Assembly (NCBI GenBank): GCA_013265495.1
Contig: MU058444.1
Location: forward strand, 2,356,001 to 2,420,000
Direction: 5' to 3'
Source of the DNA: Vicugna vicugna
Lineage: Eukaryota
DNA: 64,000 bases
The notes beneath the pieces were generated by a model. The model ran no database searches. It saw nothing but the letters and a program-made list of their open reading frames with translations, and was not told where the DNA came from. Each line of letters begins with the position of its first letter. Within the stretch, counting starts at the first letter, position 1. Both the position numbers and the translations under genes were made by a program. This document shows positions 13,011 to 24,647 of this stretch, piece after piece.

Positions 13011-13912
13011 TATGTATCTGCACATAACTTCTTTCCTATATAAAAAAGCTGATGTCTGTTGAATGAATAAATGTTCTATTACATTTTGTGCCACATAGAT
13101 ACCACATTCTCCTTGGCCCTTGTTTTATTAAATCATAAAGGGAAGACCCTTGTCTCTAAACAGGTGCTTAGTCCACAACTGGTGAAACAGGACCTTTTCT
13201 GTACAGAAATTCAAGCTTCCTGCCATTCCGCTGGCCTGGTCACTGAGACAGACAGTCTCCTGGGCTCCCAGCAATCTCCACACGCACCTGCCACACATCT
13301 ACCCACAGAAGGGCAGGCTGGCTTTAATAGTTTACAGAGGCGTACTATCACAGCACAGGAGGGACTCACAGGGAAACTTTTTTTCATGCTGAAGCAGCGC
13401 AAAATTACTGCAGTCATGAGAGACTGTATAAGATCTAAAATGTGAGTTTCTAAGCCCTACGTCCTTAACTGTCACAGCCCTGGCACAAAGGCCCGGTGGG
13501 AGAGCCCCAGCCAAGACAAAAGATCAGGAGGTGAGCAGGGTTGGGGACCAGCTCCCGAGTGAGCCCGGAACGGCCCAGGTAACTTCCTAGGTAAGGCAGC
13601 ACCTCGGGGCACCAGGCTAAGGACAGTGTGGCCACCTGGGAGCAACATCGAGGCCACACCCTCCCCGCAAGGATTCGTCAGTTTCCAGTCCCCCCCAACC
13701 CCGCAGCACCCGCCTCTCCAACGACTGCCCCCGGGGCTTCCTATGAAACCACCGACCTCGCCGGAACTCTCCGGAGGTCACGGCCACTTGTTAGGGACAA
13801 TAAGAGGCTAACCTGATTATTTACAGTTAACCTGACGGTGTGTTAAGACGCAGAGAACGACCGCACCGTCTGACAAGCATCTCCCACTCATAAAAGGCAG
13901 CGCTCCACTTAC

Positions 13913-14113
13913 GGGCCTCCTGGCGGGGGCGCCTTGAACCGAGTGGTAGAAGTCGGGCTGCACGCGGCTGCTCTTCTTGAGTCTCCGCTTCCGGGCGGCG
14001 ATCTCCTGCTCGCTCTGGTGGTGCAGCTCCACCGCCGGCTTCGCCTCTTCCAGCCGGGCGGCCGCGGCCGCCGCAGCGCGTCTCCGAAAGTGCCGCGGGC
14101 TGGCTCGGAAGCC
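13913..14113 (-). CDS. DST: Dystonin coding exon 3 (201 nt, phase 0-0)
   Basis: Acceptor tttcccgcgcag|GGC, donor CCC|gtaagt. Encodes GFRASPRHFRRRAAAAAAARLEEAKPAVELHHQSEQEIAARKRRLKKSSRVQPDFYHSVQGAPARRP, in frame with exons 1-2. The gene continues past the left edge. Confidence 0.95.
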
Positions 14114-14347
14114 CTGCGCGGGAAACACAAGCACAGAAGCGCAGGTTGGTCCCGAGCGTCCGGAGGTTCCCTGGGACTAGTGTTAGCGCTGCAGGGCGCT
14201 CCAAAGGCACCAGCTCGGTGAGCTCATTTATGACTCCAAAGTGAGCTCAACGTGAGCAAGGCTTGTGCGTTCCGTAAAGGGTCCAGAATCATTTTCCATT
14301 CAGAGATGCTTTTAATCCAAAATGCCAGTTAAAAAAAAATTTGGCAG

Positions 14348-14505
14348 AGAGGGGCAGGTATAGCTCAGTGGTACAGTGCATGTTTAGCATGCATGAGGTC
14401 CTGGGTTTAATCCCCAGTACCTCCATTAAATAAATAAATAAATAGATCTAGTCCCCCCCCAAAAATAAATAAATGAATAATAAATTTTTTTAATTAAAAA
14501 AGAAA
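14348..14505 (+). mobile_element. tRNA-derived SINE (Vic-1-like)
   Basis: ggtatagctcagtggta..gaggtcctgggtttaatccccagtacctcc plus AT-rich tail. Confidence 0.9.
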
Positions 14506-14825
14506 ACACTGGTGGGCACATTGCTTTCCTTATGTGTGTACAAGGCAGACTAAGTGTGAAGAGGGGGGTCTCCAGGTGGGCGTGAAGAGGGTCTGGGGAC
14601 AGGACTGAGTATTACCCCAGGGAAAGGGCCACTCTGTCTCCCTGGGAGAGGACTCCGCAGGAAGTAAGGCAGAGGAGCAAGGCGTTGTCATAAAACACCT
14701 TCAAGTGAAGATCTACAACTGAACAGAGGGAGTGCATGGAGGGGAGGGTGTGGGTGTTGGGGTCAGGCGGGCCTGCGTCCAAATGCTGCCCTGTTCATTA
14801 CAGCGCCACATTTATTAAACGTTTC

Positions 14826-15105
14826 TGGACACAGAAAACAAATTTATAGTTACGAGGCGGGCAAGGGAGTGGGAAGGGATAAATTAGGAGTTTAAGACAT
14901 GCAGATCCTAACTACTATATATAAAATAGATATACAACAAGGTTCTTCTGTACAGCACGGGGAACTATATTCAATATCTTATAGTAACCTATAATGAAAA
15001 GGAATCTGAAAAAAATCTATGTATGTGTATGTATGACTGAAGCATTGTGCTGTACACCAGAAACTGACACCACACTGTAAACTGACTATACTTCAATAAA
15101 AGAAG
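14826..15105 (+). mobile_element. L1 3'UTR fragment
   Basis: gggaagggataaattaggagttt..gggaactatattcaatatctt..ctatacttcaataaa. Confidence 0.85.
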
Positions 15106-16283
15106 CACATAATACATTTAAAAATTTTTTAATTCATGATCTAATTTTTCTAACAGAAATGGATAACACTCCACTCACAGGGTTTTTAGGTTTTAAATAA
15201 GGCAACAGACGTAAAATTCTAAAGTACAGTATCTGGCAAATAGCAGGTGCTCAATAAAACGTTGTTTTTCCTTCTCTTTTAAAGTAAGGTGAGTCTAAGT
15301 ACATACTGGCTAGACAAGAAACAAGTTCAGCTGAGACATACTGTGCACCTGGGTGTATGCAAATAGTTCTGGAAAATGATGTCTGTCCTCGTGTGGCTGA
15401 CGATTTACTGCAGAACAGACTGGAATGTGCAGTGAAGGAAGCGGGGAAGGGGCGGTGGAGGGCACTCCTTGGGGCAGGAGGAATCAATCCATGAAGCTGA
15501 GCTTAGCGGAGCCAGTGGCATTTGAAGTGAGTAGAATTTATGGTCCAGGCAAGGGAAACAACATAAGGCAAGAATGAATAAGTAAATGATGTATGGATGG
15601 ACAGACGGATGGATGGATGGATGGAATGTTTATGCAGCAATAAGCAATATTATTTGACGATGTGCCACGACTAGAACACAAGCCACACACGAAATCTGGT
15701 GAGAATCAGAGGAGACGAGATGTCAAGACTACAAGGAGGGCTTCTCTGAGGTTGTAGGTCTTCTGAATTATAAAAGATGTATAAAGACTAAAGACTGCAG
15801 TAAAGGCATAAAGAACAGAGAGCATGAATTTCAGAGGGAGCAACAGGAGGAGGCGAGGCCATGTGGGGACTGAAGATCCACGTGCACAGGAAGGGTCTCG
15901 CGCAGGGACTCCGGGGAGGGCCTGCCATCTGACCAGGGCGCCCTAGACACCAGACTGAGGACATGATGGAGAAAAAGATAGAAGTACGGGGTGACCTTAC
16001 AGTCGGAGGAACGCGGGTCTCAACAGAAATCAACAAGGAAGAAATGCAAAACTGAGGTCACACTTTGGGCACTTTCTTCTCTTCCCAAACCCCTCCTCCT
16101 CCGCGAGGGCCTCCCCTGCCCCAAACAGGCCCAGGACACGTCTGGCTCCCACGGAATCCAAGGGCTGCTGCAGCAGCCGTGGTGAAGAGGATGGAGGAGA
16201 GGGAGCCCGGCGAGCCCCACACCGCGTTCCAGAGCAGAGTCACGCCGCACAGCTGCTTTTTACACAGCAAGCATTGTTGGTTC

Positions 16284-16384
16284 ATTTTATTTTTTATTTT
16301 TATTTAATGGAGGTAATGGGGATTGAACCCAGGACCTCATGCATACTAAGCACGTGCTCTACCATTGGGCCATTCCCTGCCCCC
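16284..16384 (-). mobile_element. tRNA-derived SINE (Vic-1-like)
   Basis: Family motifs in reverse complement. Confidence 0.85.
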
Positions 16385-16537
16385 AACTGCTTTTTAAATT
16401 TGCAGGTTCCTGGACGCCCCAACACACATACACCTTCCTTAGGAATTAGACTTACTTGGGGCGGGGCCCAGAATCTGCTCTCTCCGTCCAGCCCGCCTGG
16501 TCATTGTCGCCGCTCCTGAACTGTAGAGGCGCTTAGT

Positions 16538-16555
16538 CACCACTAGGTGGCACTG
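16538..16555 (+). promoter_or_regulatory. Candidate CTCF site
   Basis: CACCACTAGGTGGCACTG closely fits the CTCF core CCACYAGRKGGCRC. Confidence 0.6.
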
Positions 16556-17230
16556 ATTCCCACAGCCCCCGCTCTCCTAGCTCAGAAGCCGGTGCGCTGG
16601 CAGAATTAAGTGTATTAGATCCCATCCTAGCTTCCGTCCTAGTGGAGTGAGCTGAGCATGTTTCTTTGGTAAGAATGCAGATTCTCCTTTGCTTATACTC
16701 TTAGGAGTAATATGCAACCGGATTTTGCTTAACTTCTATTATTATCAATAGTCCTTCGTGGCCCACAAATTCTAGAAACACAAAAACTACATAAAACTCA
16801 AAGTGATGAAAAAATTAAAACATGTTGGTACATTATGGAGAGCAATAACCCAATAAATCAACATCCCTTTATCTACTCGAGGAGAAAGTTTGCCAAGTAC
16901 GCCCAAGAAGATACTCAAGCATCACTTAATAATGAAAATCAGAAACCGTTTTAAGCAGTCTTTCCTAAATTTCAGTCATTTTCATTCCACCTTCACATTT
17001 TTTTAAGATCTGAGCACATCATCCAGGTCTCTTTGATTTATCTTATATCCAAATACACCTGTACTATTTTAAAATAACTTCTTATAAGCACTATAGTGTA
17101 GGACACAGACTGCCATCAGAAAAAATGTGGGTTCATATCCTGCCTCTGTCACCTCCTAGCTGTGTGATCTTAAATAGTTTCTTAACCATTTCGTCAGCTG
17201 TAAAACGGAGATTAAAAATTGTACTTAATT

Positions 17231-17327
17231 GGGGAGAGGGGGTATAGCTCAGTTGGTAAAGCACATACTTTAGCATGCACGAGGTCCTGGATTCAATCTC
17301 CAGTATTTCCACTAACAAAAAAAAAAA
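17231..17327 (+). mobile_element. tRNA-derived SINE (Vic-1-like) inserted in a MIR
   Basis: Family head plus polyA; MIR-like text on both sides. Confidence 0.9.
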
Positions 17328-17448
17328 GCACATAATTTCATAGGGATGTTGAGAAGAATAAATCAATGAATGTATGTAAAGTACTTAGAAGTGTGCCTAG
17401 CAGGCAGTGATATGTTAAGAGTTTACTTGTTGAATAAAAGATGTTCTT

Positions 17449-17600
17449 TTTAAAAATATATATTTTTACTATATTTTTTAATTTTGGGAGGAGGAGTAAA
17501 TATGTTTTTATTTATTAGTATGGAGGTAGTGGGGATTGAACCCAAGACTTCATGCATGCTAGGCACATGCTATATACCACTGAGCTATACCCTCCCCACC
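17449..17600 (-). mobile_element. tRNA-derived SINE (Vic-1-like)
   Basis: Family motifs; TSD aaaag(a/g)tgttctt. Confidence 0.9.
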
Positions 17601-17759
17601 AAAAGGTGTTCTTAAAGACAAAAGTGAGCTATTAATCAGATGTAAAAGGAAAAAGCATCCCACTGCAGGGGTGCCTTGCTGACAGATACCCGAGGTACCA
17701 GCCACCCTGATTATCAGGAGAGTTCTTTCCCCTGAAGAGTCCCAGGCACTTGCTGTCCT

Positions 17760-17930
17760 GTGAGTCAAACTGTCTGGGCTCAGACCCAGCTCTCCCACTC
17801 ACTAGGTGTGTGATCTTGGCCAAGTTACTCCTCCGGGCCTCACTTTCTTCATCTGCCAAATATAGATAATAACACCTCTCTCACAGAGTCCTGTGGTGTT
17901 TAAATGAGATCATCACACTAGCCTGTTAGA
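17760..17930 (+). mobile_element. MIR SINE
   Basis: gtgtgatcttggccaagttact..gcctcactttcttcatctg. Confidence 0.75.
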
Positions 17931-18641
17931 ACAGTACACAGACGACAGTAGTAGTCAACACACCATCCCCGTTACGATTACGGTTTCACTTCCACGAAGC
18001 TGAAGCAGCAATTCACGGGCCGCAGCGCAGAGCCAGGATTACAAACACGGTAAACAGCAAGGAGTCATCACTGAGCTGTCACCTCGCTTTATTTCCCTAA
18101 ACCACGGCATAGAATTATAGGTTTGTGGTTTATTACATTTGCTTTGTCCTAAGTCCTATAAAAAGTTAAGCCCTGACTTTTAATACAGAAGGCAATTTTC
18201 TTTTAAAACAGTAGATGGCGCTCTTACAGGCGTTACTTAAGATTTGATGGTGTCAGTATAAAGTCCGTTTCTCTCTACCCATTTGATCTTGCCAGCAATG
18301 CCCTTCAACCTGTGGGTGATGGGCACTTGAGAGTCTCTTGGTAGTGGACTTCTGCCACTTTCAAGCCACCCCGTTTTATCAGCACCTCTAGGTAATAGGT
18401 AATAACTTCTCAGCTGCGGGGTGTTGATAACAGGCCAAGTCAGGGTGCTCCACGGTCCCTCTAGACCTCGCCCCTTAATAACCAGGTCCGGTCCCCAGGA
18501 CGCAACCAACTGCAACCAACCGCTCTGCTTGGATGCTTGGACAATGAATGCCAACTGGGGGCTTTCAAGGACCGAAAACTGCAGCAGGAGTTCATCAGCT
18601 GCTGCGCCCAAGACTTTCTGAAGCTTCCAACCACACGTCAT

Positions 18642-18793
18642 CTTTTTTTTATCTTACTACATATTTTGTGTGTAGGTGGTAGGTAATTAGGTTTACCTAT
18701 GTATTTTATTTTTAGAGGCAGTACTGGAGGTTGAACCCAGGACCTTGTGTATACTAAGAATGCACCGTACCACTGAGCTATACCCTCCCCCTC
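18642..18793 (-). mobile_element. tRNA-derived SINE (Vic-1-like)
   Basis: Family motifs in reverse complement. Confidence 0.85.
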
Positions 18794-19293
18794 AGACATT
18801 CAGTCTTGATTGTGATCTTTACCATTTATCTGCACTAAACTCTCTTTTGGTTTAAGTTCAAGTCCAATTCCACTGCCTGTAAACAAAACCCCTGCTGGAT
18901 ACTCTTTCTGTTAGATTTCAAGTGGCTATTTTCCTTGCACATTCAATATTCAGACTTAATCGGGCTGTTTGTGGAGACTGGGGATAAAAAAGGGGGGGGG
19001 ATAAGATATTAACAGCAGTGAGTTACTAAGCACTATTTAGGGGCAAAGCCTATGTGTCTACTTCACAGACAGGCAAACTGAGGTTTATCAGGATTACGTA
19101 ATCTACCTAAGGCGAAAACTGGCCATTAGAAAAACTCAGGTCTCCAAACCAGTGTCCTTTCCACTTAGCTCTTAGGTAAAGAGATTACAAAGTAACGGTG
19201 CATTTCAGAGCAAATCTTCTACATATATTCAAAGGCCTGGGCCCCAGGGAAGTGCCCAGGAAAGTATGTTGACTGATTAAAACAATAAATGTT

Positions 19294-19440
19294 GGGGAAG
19301 GTGTAGCTCAGTGGTAGAGTGCTTGCTTAGCATGCACAAGGTCCTGGGTTCAATCCCCAGTACCTCCATTAAAGATAAATTAAATGAATAAAAACCTAAT
19401 TACCTCCCTCCCAAAAAAATGTAAAAGAAAAAAAAAGAAA
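19294..19440 (+). mobile_element. tRNA-derived SINE (Vic-1-like)
   Basis: Head, acctaattacctccc segment and A tail. Confidence 0.9.
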
Positions 19441-19705
19441 TGTCTACATTTTCAATAAGTCAGGCAGAAATTGAGAAAGTTAACATTTTCTGGTAAAAAT
19501 TTTTATTATGTAAGATCAAACTACCACCAAGTTTACTGACAAAGTATCTGAACAAATGGAAACAACGCATGAATCACTGAGCTTTTACATATTTGTGGGT
19601 TACGTCTGCCTGAGGAGCTAAGCTTTACAGGGAGACAAGGTACAGACTTCCCATATTCAAGTATTATGAAGCTCAAGAAACTGACGTTTATAAAGCATAT
19701 AATAT

Positions 19706-20279
19706 CCCGTCTCTGGGATGCACCTTGCCAAGTAACGGTCCTTGGCCTCACGTTGTAAAGAATTCAAGTGCGAGCTATCCTCGAGTAAAAGTAGATTAAT
19801 TTAGAGAGATACATACTCCAGACAGTGCAGGCTGTCTCAGAAGGCAAGAGAGAGACAGAGAGAGAGACACAGAGACAGAGAGAGACAGAGAGACAGAGAC
19901 AGAGAGAGCGAGAGAGCTTGTGTGACCATGAGGTGTGGTGTTGCTAGTTTTTACAGGCTTGGAAGCTTCATATGCTAACATGCAGGAGGATTATTCCAAC
20001 TACTCTGGGGAAGGGGTGGGGATCCCCAGGACCTGGGCCACCGCCCTCACTCTGACCTTTCACAGGCAGCTTCAGAACTGTCCTGGCGCCTGTGGGTGTG
20101 TCGTTCACCAGGATCGGACTTTATAGTGCGTCTAATGATGCTCAGGGTCCGCTGGAGGGCAAACATCCTGCCACCCTGGGCCTCCAGGTCCACTGGGGGT
20201 TGACTCCTCCCCCATCTTGGTGCTGGTGGCTGTGTCATTCCTTCAATAGTTGTGCCCTGCCCGCTTCCCTCCTGCCTTA
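19706..20279 (-). mobile_element. MER41-like LTR, same family as 5448-5982, with internal GA/GACA microsatellite at about 19848-19916
   Basis: Reverse complement aligns with the 5448 copy from its 5' terminus (taaggcaggaggg..ggcagggcac) to near the 3' end. Confidence 0.85.
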
Positions 20280-20751
20280 TGATGACAGCAAAAAAAACTA
20301 CTGTTAATCTTTGCAAAGTCTAAGGAATTCACTTCTGTCAGACAAGGTTTCACAGGTTAGTAATGTAACTGTGTTTCTTTCATATTGTATGATATGGTTA
20401 CTAGTTCCTGGATCAGAAGCTCTGAGGAGCAGAGAAGACTTGATGTTTCGTCAACTGCAGATGAATTACAACTCAAATGCGGTTCTGTAAATCTCTTCCT
20501 GATGCCAATCATCCCCCTCGGGATATATGCCCCTCCCAGGGTCCCTGCTGCCTGGCGGAGTGTGTTTTGCACCACGCATGCTCCCACCGCCTCCTCCCGT
20601 CCTGGCTACCGGGTCTTGATACATGGGCAACGTCCCTCCCTTTAGAGTTTGATGGAGAAACAGTAAGAGCTGGGGCCACTTAGCACGGAATTTGAAATCA
20701 ACAAAACAAAACCAAAAAAAACAAAAACAAAAACAAAAACCATCCTGTAGA

Positions 20752-20902
20752 CCAGTGCGTCTCAAATTTTACTGTGTACACGTGTAGCCTAGGATGCTTA
20801 CTAAGATGCAGATGGTGGGGCCTGAGACTCTAAATTCCTTTAACAAGCGTCCAGGGAACCCCACTGTTGCTGGTCTGCAGACCAAACTTTGGGGAACCAG
20901 GA
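20752..20902. mobile_element. hAT-Charlie MITE (MER5-like)
   Basis: ccagtgcgtctcaaatttt..gtggggcctgaga..tgctggtctgcagaccaaactttg. Confidence 0.65.
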
Positions 20903-21861
20903 TGCAGAACCTAGTACAGGCAGAGGGAGAAAACTAACGAAACCACGCACTGAGGAGAGACGATCAGCTGACGGCGAGAGGAGTGGCAGACGCTGGTGGC
21001 GGAAATCTGAGTCGAAATTTCACCACTTCCCTGCGCCGAGGAGGCCATACATCCACAACCAACCACAGCTCTAATCTCTGAGGAGCCTGACCCTGTGATG
21101 AGTCTTTTTCTTAAATTCTGTCAAATGACACACAGACCCTTACAACACGCCCTAAAATACAGCAGGCCTCTGACTCTGCACCCAGGTGAGCCTGAGACAC
21201 AAAACACACCCTCCCTGGTGGGGGGGAGGGAGCACACAGGAGATTCTGAGGTTGGAGCTAGCTGCTCCACCTCCTGCAAGGAGATTAAAGAGCTTTTTCA
21301 TTACAAATGTTAGATTAACCTAAGCAGGTTCATGGGGTCCACTCAGAAAATTAACCAAATTCTCTCTCCCAGCCATCCTTCAAATCCACCAGAAGGAGTT
21401 TGTTTTCTCCCAACCCTACAGAAAATTTTGCATAGAACCTGTCGTTTGTTGGTCGTTTTCAGATCATTAAAAAGTCCTCTCGCCACTGACAGTGACAAAA
21501 ACAGGGCCATTCTGATGAGGTCATGTCACACACCCCCCCCAAGGCTTCCTCTCCGGCAGGGTTTAAAGTGATTCCAGGCTCTTCCTCCCAAGAGATACAC
21601 AAGAAATAACGCATCCATCCTTCACCCAAACACACTCTGGGAGGGCAGGCTGTTCCCCATGCAGCCACGGCCACTCGCTCCCCCACCAGAGCAGCCAGCC
21701 AGCCACGGTCTCTGGTCCTTTGCAATGATCACATCAACCCGGGCACCTTGAGGACCCCAGTCAAGCTTTCCTAGGAGTCTCCTTAAACTTGTTTCTCTAA
21801 GCTTCAGAGGGCTTGGGAGGAGACTCGGTGCACTGCTGAGACATTTCTCAGTCTCAAACAC

Positions 21862-22370
21862 TGAACGAAAAATACGGCCAGCCATATCAGTACACAAAGG
21901 ATGCTGTGTCCATCAAGTCATCAGCCACTGCTGCCACCCCCCAGCAGTGAGTGGGGGGATCTCAGGATGCAGACAAATAGGCTGCCCGGCCTCTGCTGCC
22001 ACCTTCAGCGGTGCCCCCCGCGGGAACTCAGGATGGGAAAGAACAGGACAGTGGCCCTAGACAGCCAGGTGCACATTAAAGGGATGATCTCAATGAGCCC
22101 AGACCTTTGCACCTTCCCATACACAGAAAAATGCCGAATTCCTTAACTTGAACTACCTGGTCTTCTTTAATTAATAGTAACCTTTTGATGTTCCGACTAC
22201 CTGATCTTTGTTGTAAAAACTCCTATATATCCTGGCCCCTCCCCCACCCCTTCAGAGCAGTTCCTCAGAGCGATCTGAGAAGCTGTCATCCTGGGCTTAC
22301 ATCCTCAGAAATGTCCACCGGATAAAAATAACTCTCAACTTTTAGGTTGTACATTTTATTTCAGTTGACA
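21862..22370 (+). mobile_element. LTR39-like ERV1 solo LTR
   Basis: TATA-like cctatatatcc and characteristic end ctcaacttttaggttgt..cagttgaca. Start approximate. Confidence 0.7.
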
Positions 22371-22379
22371 GCTACCTAA

Positions 22380-22580
22380 TGGGGTAGCCACTCAGCACAT
22401 GTCACTATTTGCATTTAGATTTTAATTCATTAAAGTTCAACTAAAAATTCAGTTCCTCGGACGTGTGAGCCACAGTCCAAGTGCTCAGTGCCACATGTGG
22501 CCGGTGGTTTCTGTATTGGATGATGCCGGTAAAACATTTCCATTAACACAGAAAGTTCTACTGAACAGCACTGCTCTAAG
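22380..22580. mobile_element. hAT-Charlie MITE (MER3/MER33-like)
   Basis: aaaattcagttcctc..gtgctcagtgccacatgtggc..cagaaagttctactgaacagcactg. Confidence 0.75.
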
Positions 22581-23177
22581 CTTCCAGCGCTGGATACCCA
22601 GCCTTTACCCACAGAGCCTAAAGTGGGTGACGGGTGACTATGAATGTCAGTGCACGTGAACTGCTGTAGACAGCCACACCACAGTCTCCTATCTCAACAC
22701 AACAGAAGTCAAGGTCCCGCTCGTGGCACTGTCACCCACGATCACCAAGGGGGACGGCCACTCTGCTCTACGCGGTCATTACGGCAGCCGGCACTTTCCA
22801 CCTTGTGGCTCGTTAGGTGCCCAGTGTCCCCTCCCCTCTGCGAGTTTGTGGGGAAAGAGCGGGGATCGTGTGTGGATGGTTTCAACGGGCACACAGCACA
22901 CACTACTTCTCACAGCTCATCCATTCAAACCCGGGTCCATGGCCATCACTGAAGGTCAAGGGAAACAAAAACGCAGTAAGGCCACATGCCCTGGAGAAGA
23001 GAAGACAGATACTGGGGGGGCACAGTGGACACTGCTACGGAGCTGGTCCCAAACCAAGTCCACAGCCACCCACCTCCTTTGCGAGCCCTCCTCCGCTCTC
23101 TGGCAATGTGATTCTTACCAAGTCCAACTCCAACAAAGACCCAAAGCGTGCACACGTCTTGTTACAGAGCCAAATAT

Positions 23178-23313
23178 AATTTTGGGAAGGGGTCGGTAAT
23201 CAGGTTTACCATACTTAGTTGTTTCATTTTAAAGGAGGGACTGGGGCTTGAACCCAGGACCTCGTGCATGCTAATCACACACTCTACCACTGAGCTGTAC
23301 CCTGCCCCCACTC
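23178..23313 (-). mobile_element. tRNA-derived SINE (Vic-1-like)
   Basis: Family motifs in reverse complement. Confidence 0.85.
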
Positions 23314-23619
23314 CCTGAGCCAAGCATAACTTGAGCCCCATCAATATAACACTTTTCCCACATTGTCCAGCTGGTGAGCCACATCCAACGCAAACTCTTT
23401 ACAGGAGCACCAATAATAGTCATTTCTAGCTATGGAGCATTTCCCAAGTGCCAAATACAGTGCATGCTTTATTTCATGATTTCTGGTAGTATTCCTAGGA
23501 TGTAAATATTTTAATGCCATTTTACAGATTTAAAAAAAAAAAGACATTTAGAAGTTTGCCTAAGCCTTAGCAGGTATCGGCTCTCGGACTGAAACTCTGG
23601 CAACCAGACCTGTCCTCTC

Positions 23620-23830
23620 CAGCCGGGTCAGCAAACTACAGCCCTCAGGCCAAGTCTGCCCCGCTATCTGTTTTTGCAACGTTTAACTGGAACAAAGCCA
23701 GGTCCATTCAAGTTCCTTGCCTGTGGCTACTTCTGTCCTAGAAAGGAGCACAGTTGAGCGGCTGCCTCAGAGCTCACAAGCCCTTTCATCGGTGGCCCAT
23801 TACAATAAGATCTTTGTCACCCCCTGCTCT
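23620..23830. mobile_element. hAT-Charlie MITE (MER58-like)
   Basis: gggtcagcaaactacagccc..ggccaagtctgccc..tttgtcacccctg terminal motifs. Confidence 0.7.
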
Positions 23831-24546
23831 ACAAGTATCATGCCGGATACTTGAACATCCCGCTTCCATCACAGACTGAAAAGTCATCCTGACTCGGGGT
23901 TTGGGTCCGCTGTCTGCGCGGATCATCACATCCGCAGGCAGGGCTGTGAGATACACAGGTCAGTAAGTCTGATTTCCTCCGGTAGCCACCGCCACCCCAT
24001 CTGTTTGTGGTTTCAAAGGCAGATTAAACAACATGTGTTACACTGTTTCGCCAGACACAGAGACGACACTCTCACAGAGGCACGTGCATTACTGTCTAAT
24101 AATCACCCTGCCTTTTCCCTGATGATTTTTTAAAAAATATTTGCACTGGAACTGCCGAGCGAAAGATGCGCACAAAATTTATCAACCCTCAGGTTGATAC
24201 AACAGGTTTCACCCCTCCTCTACTCTCCCCACCTCCTGCTTTGATTTTTAGAGACAAAGCCACCAGTACCAAGTGACAGTGGGTTTTATGGGCAGTGGCC
24301 GCCCAGCGTGGTAATAAGGCTTATTAGTCTGTTGCAAATGGCCTGTGCTGTTTTTCCTTAGATGGAATTCATCAGCCTAATGGTTTTTGTTTTGGGGGGG
24401 GTGTTTGTATTTTTGATTTGGTTTTGTTTTGTTTGAACCAAAATGAACCATAAAAAAATATAAACGTGCTTGGCTTTTAAGAGACTTTTAAGTATGGAAA
24501 ACACATTGCATTGATACTAAAATCAAGATAAAAGTAGGACAGAACC

Positions 24547-24647
24547 TGGGCGGGGCAGAGCTCAGTGGTAGAGCGCAGGCTTAGCGTACACAGTATCCTG
24601 GGTTCTATCCCCAGTACCTCCAGTAAAAAGGTAAAAAAAAAAAAAAA
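24547..24647 (+). mobile_element. tRNA-derived SINE (Vic-1-like)
   Basis: Head plus polyA; aaaagtagg..agaa flanks. Confidence 0.85.

Noticed and set aside
18237..18641. 134-aa minus-strand ORF in unique sequence
   Set aside because: No recognisable homology or exon structure.
24180..24327. Short palindromes (tatcaacc-ctca-ggttgata; taataag-g-cttatta)
   Set aside because: Stems of 7-8 bp are expected by chance in 64 kb, and no RNA gene context is visible.
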